Origin: an uncultured Gammaproteobacteria bacterium
GTDB taxonomy: Bacteria; Patescibacteriota; Microgenomatia; Daviesbacterales; UBA10151
Length of the DNA stretch: 5,250 nucleotides
Assembly (NCBI GenBank): GCA_964522265.1
Contig: CAZFVS010000077.1
Span: forward strand, 1 to 5,250
Direction of reading: 5' to 3'
Notes under the pieces: generated by a model
What the model was told of the DNA's origin: nothing
The model's database searches: none
What the model saw: the letters and a program-made list of their open reading frames with translations, nothing else
Translations under genes and position numbers: made by a program
Shown here: in pieces, positions 1 to 3,820 of the stretch
Layout: every line of letters begins with the position of its first letter
Numbering within the stretch: position 1 is the stretch's first letter

Positions 1-945
1 TTGCAGACTTCTAAGATATTTTTTAATATCTTCTGTTGGAATATTAACCCCTATCAGTGAGTCAAGTTTTGAATTTGTCAGTTCGATACTTTTTTGTCCA
101 CCTTTATAATCTCCAACAATAGTTAAGGCTATTAATTGTCCGCCCAACCCCTGATACATTTTTATTGCAGCATCCAAAGCCTGGAATAATCTCTTTTTAG
201 TTAAACCATGATAAAATCTTTTACTTGCTTCAGATGATAGTCCCAGTCTGGTTGAAGTTGCCCGCAAAGCAGCAGGATCAAAAATTGCTGCTTCAAGCAG
301 TATTGTTTTGGTTGAATCAGTAACTTCGCTGTTTGCTCCTCCCATCACTCCTGCTATTCCCAAAGCTTTTTGAGGATCCGCAATTAATAAATCTGTGGGT
401 TCTAGTTCTCTTTCTTTTCCGTCTAGCGTTGTAATCTTTTCACCCTGTTTTGCAACTCTAACAATTATCTGCTTGCTTTCAACTTTATCAGCATCAAAGG
501 CATGTAGGGGTTGGCCGTACTCAAGCATCACCAAATTTGTCACATCAGCGATGTTGTTTACAGAACGCAAACCGCAATCAGACAACTTTTTTACCCATGT
601 GTCAGATGATTGTTCAACTTTCAGGTTTTCGATCTTTGCAATAATATAAACAGGACAAAATGTGTTATTCTCAATACTAACGTTTACCTTCCCACTTGAC
701 ATGTGGGAACGTAAATCTTGATCGTCATCTGAAAATTTAATTTCAGATCCGGTTATTGCAGCTACCTCATATGCTACTCCTCGCATAGATAATAGGTCAG
801 CACGGTTATAACCCTTCATATCGAGTTCAATAAAATTGTCCGTAACTTCCTTGGTTCCAATAGTGCGCAAAGACAGAAGACGAATCACTTCGCCGATATC
901 GTTTATTGCAACCAATTCTTTTAGCCAGTCAATTGATACTTTCAT
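1..945 (-). CDS. pheT: Phenylalanine--tRNA ligase beta subunit, first 315 codons (ORF continues beyond window start)
   Basis: Hand translation of the minus strand from ATG 945-943 stays open to nt 1: MKVSIDWLKELVAINDIGEVIRLLSLRTIGTKEVTDNFIELDMKGYNRADLLSMRGVAYEVAA...CPVYIIAKIENLKV...LRSVNNIADVTNLVMLEYGQPLHAFDADK...LGIAGVMGGANSEV... These match conserved bacterial PheT blocks (N-terminal WL motif, TPNRxD-like block, CPRY-like block, NNxVDxTNYVMLExGQPxHAFD, GVMGG). It is missing from the ORF track only because its stop lies outside the window. It sits directly downstream of pheS. Confidence 0.9.
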   Translation of the reverse strand, partial: MKVSIDWLKELVAINDIGEVIRLLSLRTIGTKEVTDNFIELDMKGYNRADLLSMRGVAYEVAAITGSEIKFSDDDQDLRSHMSSGKVNVSIENNTFCPVYIIAKIENLKVEQSSDTWVKKLSDCGLRSVNNIADVTNLVMLEYGQPLHAFDADKVESKQIIVRVAKQGEKITTLDGKERELEPTDLLIADPQKALGIAGVMGGANSEVTDSTKTILLEAAIFDPAALRATSTRLGLSSEASKRFYHGLTKKRLFQALDAAIKMYQGLGGQLIALTIVGDYKGGQKSIELTNSKLDSLIGVNIPTEDIKKYLRSLQ

Positions 946-950
946 TTTGT

Positions 951-978
951 ACTTCTCGATTCGTTCCACTCGCTCGAA
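951..978 (-). repeat. Degenerate third copy of the pheS-associated hairpin repeat, inverted orientation, in the pheS-pheT spacer
   Basis: Minus-strand read TTCGAGCGAGTGGAACGAATCGAGAAGT aligns to plus-strand 1571-1600 TTCGAGCGGAGCGAAGCGGAGTCGAGAAAT. It shares an exact 8-mer (TTCGAGCG) and an exact 7-mer (TCGAGAA) at matching spacing, about 23/28 identities with 2 gaps. Confidence 0.45.
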
Positions 979-1022
979 GAAAATTTTTGTTCGATCCGGC
1001 GAAGCCGGAGAGAACTACAATA

Positions 1023-2114
1023 CTAAAATCTTTCTAAAAACTTCAGATCTCCTTTTAAAAATTCCCTGACATCATCAATCCCCCATTTAAGCATTGCCAT
1101 TCTGGCAGGTCCCACACCCCAAGCGATTCCTGAATAAATATTGGGGTCAATACCTCCATTTTCTAAAACCTTTGGGTGGATCATCCCTGCTCCTGCCAGT
1201 TCCAAAAAACCCAAACCACCACAAATTTTGCATCCCTTGCCCTTACAAAAAATGCACTCTCCTAAAATTTTTGCTGAAGGCTCTGTAAACGGATAGTAAC
1301 CCGGTTGCAGCTTGACTTTGATCTCCTGTCCAAACATGTGCTTTAAAAAATATTCGGAAAGATATTGCAGGTTTGCCATACTCAAGCCTTTATCTACATA
1401 GACGATTTCAAATTGATCAAAGGTGTGTTCGTGTCTGGCGTCCAAATTTTCATACCTGAAACATCTCCCAATGCTCATCATTCTGATTGGCGGCTTAAAC
1501 TCTTTCATAATATGAATCTGGGAATTCGAAGTATGGGTCCTCAGTAATAATTTTTCCTCACCATTGTCATTTCGAGCGGAGCGAAGCGGAGTCGAGAAAT
1601 CTCTTGATTTAAGGGACCCCTCAACATATAAGGTATCCCATAAATCTCTGGCAGGGTGTTCCGGCGGGATATTTAAAACCTCAAAATTGTTGTAATCAGT
1701 ATCAATTTGAGGCGCATCATATTGCTGGAAGCCAAGTTTTGAAAAAAGATCAGCGATATCTTTTTCGAAAATTGTAATAGGGTGCAAATGACCTTTTCTT
1801 ACCTTGTCATTTCGAACGGAGCGAGAAATCTCTAGATTTAACTCTTCATTTTCAAGTTTCCTGTATCCCTCCTCTCTTATCTCCTGCCGCCTGTCATTTA
1901 TTGTCTTTTCCAGCTCTTGTTTTGTTTCATTAAACAAAGGTCCAATTTTCTGCAGTTCATCTTTTGGCAGTTTTGGAAACTCCTTTGGCAGCAGGGTAAT
2001 CCTGCCATTTTTCCCGAAAACTTCCAAAAAAATCCCGTCAAGCTCTTGCAAATTTTTAGCTTGTTTGATCTTTTCCAAAATATCTTTTTGAATTTGTTCA
2101 ATCTTCTCTTCCAT
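1023..2114 (-). CDS. pheS: Phenylalanine--tRNA ligase alpha subunit
   Basis: 363-aa ORF on the track. Class II aaRS alpha-subunit blocks are present: HPARDLWDT, LLRTHTS, IGRCFRYE, PGYYPFTEPS, LAGAGMIHP, GIAWGVGPARMAMLKWGIDDVREF. It is immediately followed by pheT. Confidence 0.95.
   Translation of the reverse strand: MEEKIEQIQKDILEKIKQAKNLQELDGIFLEVFGKNGRITLLPKEFPKLPKDELQKIGPLFNETKQELEKTINDRRQEIREEGYRKLENEELNLEISRSVRNDKVRKGHLHPITIFEKDIADLFSKLGFQQYDAPQIDTDYNNFEVLNIPPEHPARDLWDTLYVEGSLKSRDFSTPLRSARNDNGEEKLLLRTHTSNSQIHIMKEFKPPIRMMSIGRCFRYENLDARHEHTFDQFEIVYVDKGLSMANLQYLSEYFLKHMFGQEIKVKLQPGYYPFTEPSAKILGECIFCKGKGCKICGGLGFLELAGAGMIHPKVLENGGIDPNIYSGIAWGVGPARMAMLKWGIDDVREFLKGDLKFLERF
1563..1613 (+). 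repeat. Intragenic hairpin-type repeat copy A (long form), in frame inside pheS (residues 168-184 LKSRDFSTPLRSARNDN)
   Basis: TTGTCATTTCGAGCGGAGCGA-AGCGGAGTCGA-GAAATCTCTTGATTTAA. The left 21 nt match 1804-1824 at 20/21 and the right 17 nt match 1825-1841 at 16/17. The ends form a short inverted repeat (ATTTC...GAAAT). The block is GC-rich relative to the flanking pheS sequence. Confidence 0.85.
1803..1841 (+). repeat. Intragenic hairpin-type repeat copy B (short form), in frame inside pheS (residues 92-104 LNLEISRSVRNDK)
   Basis: TTGTCATTTCGAACGGAGCGA-GAAATCTCTAGATTTAA. It is the same element as copy A but lacks the 11-nt internal unit AGCGGAGTCGA. Confidence 0.85.
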
Positions 2115-2120
2115 TTTTTG

Positions 2121-2129
2121 ATTTTACCA
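2121..2129 (-). promoter_or_regulatory. Extended -10-like box (TGGTAAAAT) 6 nt upstream of the pheS ATG
   Basis: The minus strand reads TGG TAAAAT caaaaa ATG. There is no SD-like purine run before the ATG and no good -35. The spacing would put a transcription start at or next to the A of the ATG. Confidence 0.3.
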
Positions 2130-2184
2130 CAATCACAAGCTAAAACCAGTGCAACCTTCTATCCTAATCCGGCATTCAATTTAG

Positions 2185-2215
2185 ATATGAAATGGGCGGC
2201 CATTTATGGCCGCCC
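2185..2215 (-). terminator. Rho-independent terminator after the small ORF and rplT unit
   Basis: The minus strand reads GGGCGGCCA-TAAA-TGGCCGCCC, a 9-bp stem with 8 G:C pairs and a 4-nt loop, followed by ATTTCATATCT. This is the strongest hairpin in the window. The U-tract is only moderate. Confidence 0.7.
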
Positions 2216-2226
2216 AGAAGAAGCAC

Positions 2227-2313
2227 CTATCCGACGCACCCGCTGTTTGCCAGAAAGCCCAGCAAAGCCAATATAATTCCAATGATTACCATTACCCGGA
2301 ATCCGTCCACCAT
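2227..2313 (-). CDS. Hypothetical 28-aa hydrophobic peptide (MVDGFRVMVIIGIILALLGFLANSGCVG), single predicted transmembrane (TM) segment
   Basis: ATG 2313-2311 is preceded by GGAGAG (2326-2321) with a 7-nt spacer. The stop TAG is at 2229-2227, 11 nt before the terminator stem. A sigma70-like promoter lies upstream. The ORF is too short for the ORF track and was found by hand translation. There is no homology evidence. Confidence 0.45.
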   Translation of the reverse strand: MVDGFRVMVIIGIILALLGFLANSGCVG

Positions 2314-2361
2314 ACTGTCACTCTCCTAAGATGCTAATTTGCCCATTCAAGGGCTTTGGAA

Positions 2362-2390
2362 AGTTTAACAAAAGATATTCAAATTGTCAA
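2362..2390 (-). promoter_or_regulatory. Sigma70-like promoter TTGACA-17 nt-TAAACT directly after the rplT stop
   Basis: On the minus strand there is a perfect -35 TTGACA (2390-2385), a 17-nt spacer, and a -10 TAAACT (2367-2362). It lies about 50 nt upstream of the small-ORF ATG. Confidence 0.5.
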
Positions 2391-2398
2391 CTATAGGT

Positions 2399-2746
2399 TT
2401 AATTTACAACCTGGGAGACAATTTTTTTGAAGTCTTCAGGATTGTTGACTGCCAGATCTGCCAGGATTTTTCTGTCAAGCAAAATATTTTTTGCTTTCAA
2501 TTTTGCAATAAACTTTGAATAACTCATCCCCTCTTCTCTCACTGCAGCATTAAGTTGAGTAATCCAGAGTTTTCTCATATCCCGTTTTCTCTGTTTTCGT
2601 CCGGCAAAAGCGTACTGTCCTGCATGCAGCATGGATTCTTTGGCTTGTTTGACCAGCTTACTCCGGCCGCCTTTGTGGCCCTTGACCAGCTTTAATAATT
2701 TTTTATGTTTAGCGTGTGACGAGACGCCTCTTTTGATACGCGCCAT
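2399..2746 (-). CDS. rplT: 50S ribosomal protein L20 (bL20)
   Basis: 115-aa ORF: MARIKRGVSSHAKHKKLLKLVKGHKGGRSKL...AGQYAFAGRKQRKRDMRKLWITQLNAAVRE...YSKFI..L......LDRKILADLAV. This is the canonical L20 sequence pattern in the canonical position after rpmI. Confidence 0.97.
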   Translation of the reverse strand: MARIKRGVSSHAKHKKLLKLVKGHKGGRSKLVKQAKESMLHAGQYAFAGRKQRKRDMRKLWITQLNAAVREEGMSYSKFIAKLKAKNILLDRKILADLAVNNPEDFKKIVSQVVN

Positions 2747-2749
2747 AAT

Positions 2750-2794
2750 AATTCAAAATTCAAAGGTCTAAATTCAAAATTGCAATTCAAAATT
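2750..2794. repeat. Three exact copies of AATTCAAAATT immediately upstream of the rplT start
   Basis: Copies lie at 2750-2760, 2771-2781 and 2784-2794 (minus-strand reading AATTTTGAATT). The nearest copy ends 3 nt from the rplT ATG. No SD is present. Confidence 0.8.
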
Positions 2795-2820
2795 TAAAAT
2801 TTTCGTAGAAAATTTCAATA

Positions 2821-2848
2821 CTTTTGCCTTTTGATTTTTGACTTTTAA
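2821..2848. repeat. Four tandem degenerate heptamers (CTTTTGC CTTTTGA TTTTTGA CTTTTAA)
   Basis: Read directly on the plus strand. On the minus strand (mRNA sense) it is an A-rich nnCAAAA x4 tract just downstream of a GGGGAAAGGGAGGAG purine run (2856-2870). Confidence 0.5.
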
Positions 2849-3001
2849 CTTTGTTCTCCTCCCTTTCCCCTTACTTTAATAAAATTTAATATCCGCTCGT
2901 GCCAGGCTCCTCTGTTAACCTGGTTAAAATTCCTTGCCCCTTCCGTACCGGACATTGATTTATTAGATTGCCTGAAAAACCGCCTTGTTCTTCCCATATT
3001 T

Positions 3002-3202
3002 TTAAATACCTAACATCCGTTTAAACGATTTTACCATTGATTTATTCAAAAGAATCGGTTCTTTATGGCGTCTGAGTGCTCTGTTTGTTTTGTGGCGTTT
3101 GAGATGTCCTGCCCTTAGCTGATGTGAACGCATAATTTTACCGGTACCGGTAATCTTAACCCTTTTCATTAGTGCCTTCTTTGTTTTGTGCTTGATCTTC
3201 AT
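3002..3202 (-). CDS. rpmI: 50S ribosomal protein L35 (bL35)
   Basis: 66-aa very basic ORF: MKIKHKTKKALMKRVKITGTGKIMRSHQLRAGHLKRHKT.. The L35 pattern K.K..K...KR.K.TG.GK....H....H is present. Its ATG (3202-3200) overlaps the infC TGA (3201-3199) as ATGA. Confidence 0.95.
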   Translation of the reverse strand: MKIKHKTKKALMKRVKITGTGKIMRSHQLRAGHLKRHKTNRALRRHKEPILLNKSMVKSFKRMLGI

Positions 3203-3744
3203 ATTATTGTTTCTTGATTACTTGTTTTAGAACCTCCTTTGCTTTTTCCAATTATCGCCGTAATACTTCTTCCTTCTACTTTTGGTTCACGCTCGATCGT
3301 TATTTTATCACCGAATATCCCAAAAATCTTTTTTAAAAGTTCAAAACCAAATTCCAGATGAGCCATCTCCCTGCCTTTAAACTTTACCCTGAAAAACACC
3401 TTATCTCCTGCGTTTAAAAACTCTTCTGCCCTTTTTAACCTGGTTCGTAAATCATGTTCCGCTATTCTTGGCGATAACCAGATCTCTTTTAGGGAGACAT
3501 CCTTGGCATTCTTCCTGGCAGCCTGTTCCTTCTTACTCTCCTCATACCTGAATTTTTGAAAATCTAAAATTTTGGCTACCGGCGGTTTAATATTCGGGGC
3601 AATCTCCACCAAATCCAAACCCTGTTCATGTGCTTTTCTCAAAGCCTCTTCTTTGCTGATTACTCCAAGTTTGGTGCCATCAGAATCAATTACCAAAAGT
3701 TCCTGGCTTTGAATGTTTAGATTTAGACGATAATATTTACCGAT
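3199..3744 (-). CDS. infC: Translation initiation factor IF-3, probable ATC (AUC) start
   Basis: The track ORF (3199-3696) begins at an internal TTG. The frame stays open upstream to a TAG at 3759-3757 and reads GGKQ-I-GKYYRLNLNIQSQELLVIDSDGTKLGV..., which supplies the conserved IF3 N-terminus (RINxxIRxxEVRLIDxDGxQLG-like). GGAGG (3756-3752) lies 7 nt before ATC 3744-3742. The rest is typical IF3: LDLVEIAPNIKPPVAKILDFQKFRYE...KEIWLSPRIAEHDL..K.....FL..GDKV. Confidence 0.88.
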   Translation of the reverse strand: MGKYYRLNLNIQSQELLVIDSDGTKLGVISKEEALRKAHEQGLDLVEIAPNIKPPVAKILDFQKFRYEESKKEQAARKNAKDVSLKEIWLSPRIAEHDLRTRLKRAEEFLNAGDKVFFRVKFKGREMAHLEFGFELLKKIFGIFGDKITIEREPKVEGRSITAIIGKSKGGSKTSNQETII

Positions 3745-3751
3745 TTGTTTT

Positions 3752-3756
3752 CCTCC
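3752..3756 (-). promoter_or_regulatory. Shine-Dalgarno GGAGG for infC
   Basis: The minus strand reads TAGGGAGGAAAACAAATC. It has the core GGAGG, a 7-nt spacer, then ATC. Confidence 0.7.
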
Positions 3757-3820
3757 CTAAAAAATAGTGGCCAGTCACCAGAGTTTGGAAACCAGTCACA
3801 TCTTTTTAATTTTAGCACAC

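Noticed and set aside
995-1009. GC hairpin TCCGGC-GAA-GCCGGA 14 nt after the pheS stop, as a possible terminator
   Set aside because: No U-tract follows it on the mRNA strand (TCGAACAAAAATTTTC), and pheT must be co-expressed with pheS. It is more likely a stabilising or processing stem, or part of the repeat insertion. It was not called as a terminator.
1221-1256. CxxC-x4-CxxC cluster (CIFCKGKGCKIC) in PheS as a novel zinc knuckle
   Set aside because: As far as I recall, a similar four-Cys insertion before the GAGMVHP block is present in PheS of many Gram-positive and other bacteria. It is probably an ordinary lineage variant, not a novelty.
1563-1841. Whether the pheS repeats are a CRISPR array, an intein or a self-splicing intron
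   Set aside because: There are only two or three copies, with unequal lengths and no regular spacer periodicity, so this is not CRISPR. At 39-51 nt they are far too short for an intein or a group I/II intron, and they are read through in frame.
1898-2101. Minus-strand 67-aa ORF overlapping the 5' part of pheS in another frame
   Set aside because: It is an out-of-frame overlap entirely inside pheS. It has no SD and no recognisable family, and its composition is consistent with an alternative-frame artefact.
2227-2313. Small ORF as a classical pheM-type Phe-codon attenuator leader
   Set aside because: Only 2 of 28 codons are Phe, they are not clustered, and I could not find an antiterminator complementary to the terminator 5' arm. 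The positional analogy is kept as a hypothesis in the findings, but the classical mechanism is not supported.
2791-2818. TTGAAA-16 nt-TAAATT as an rplT promoter
   Set aside because: The hexamers are plausible, but they lie in nearly pure A/T sequence where such matches arise by chance. There is no supporting evidence, so it is not listed as a feature.
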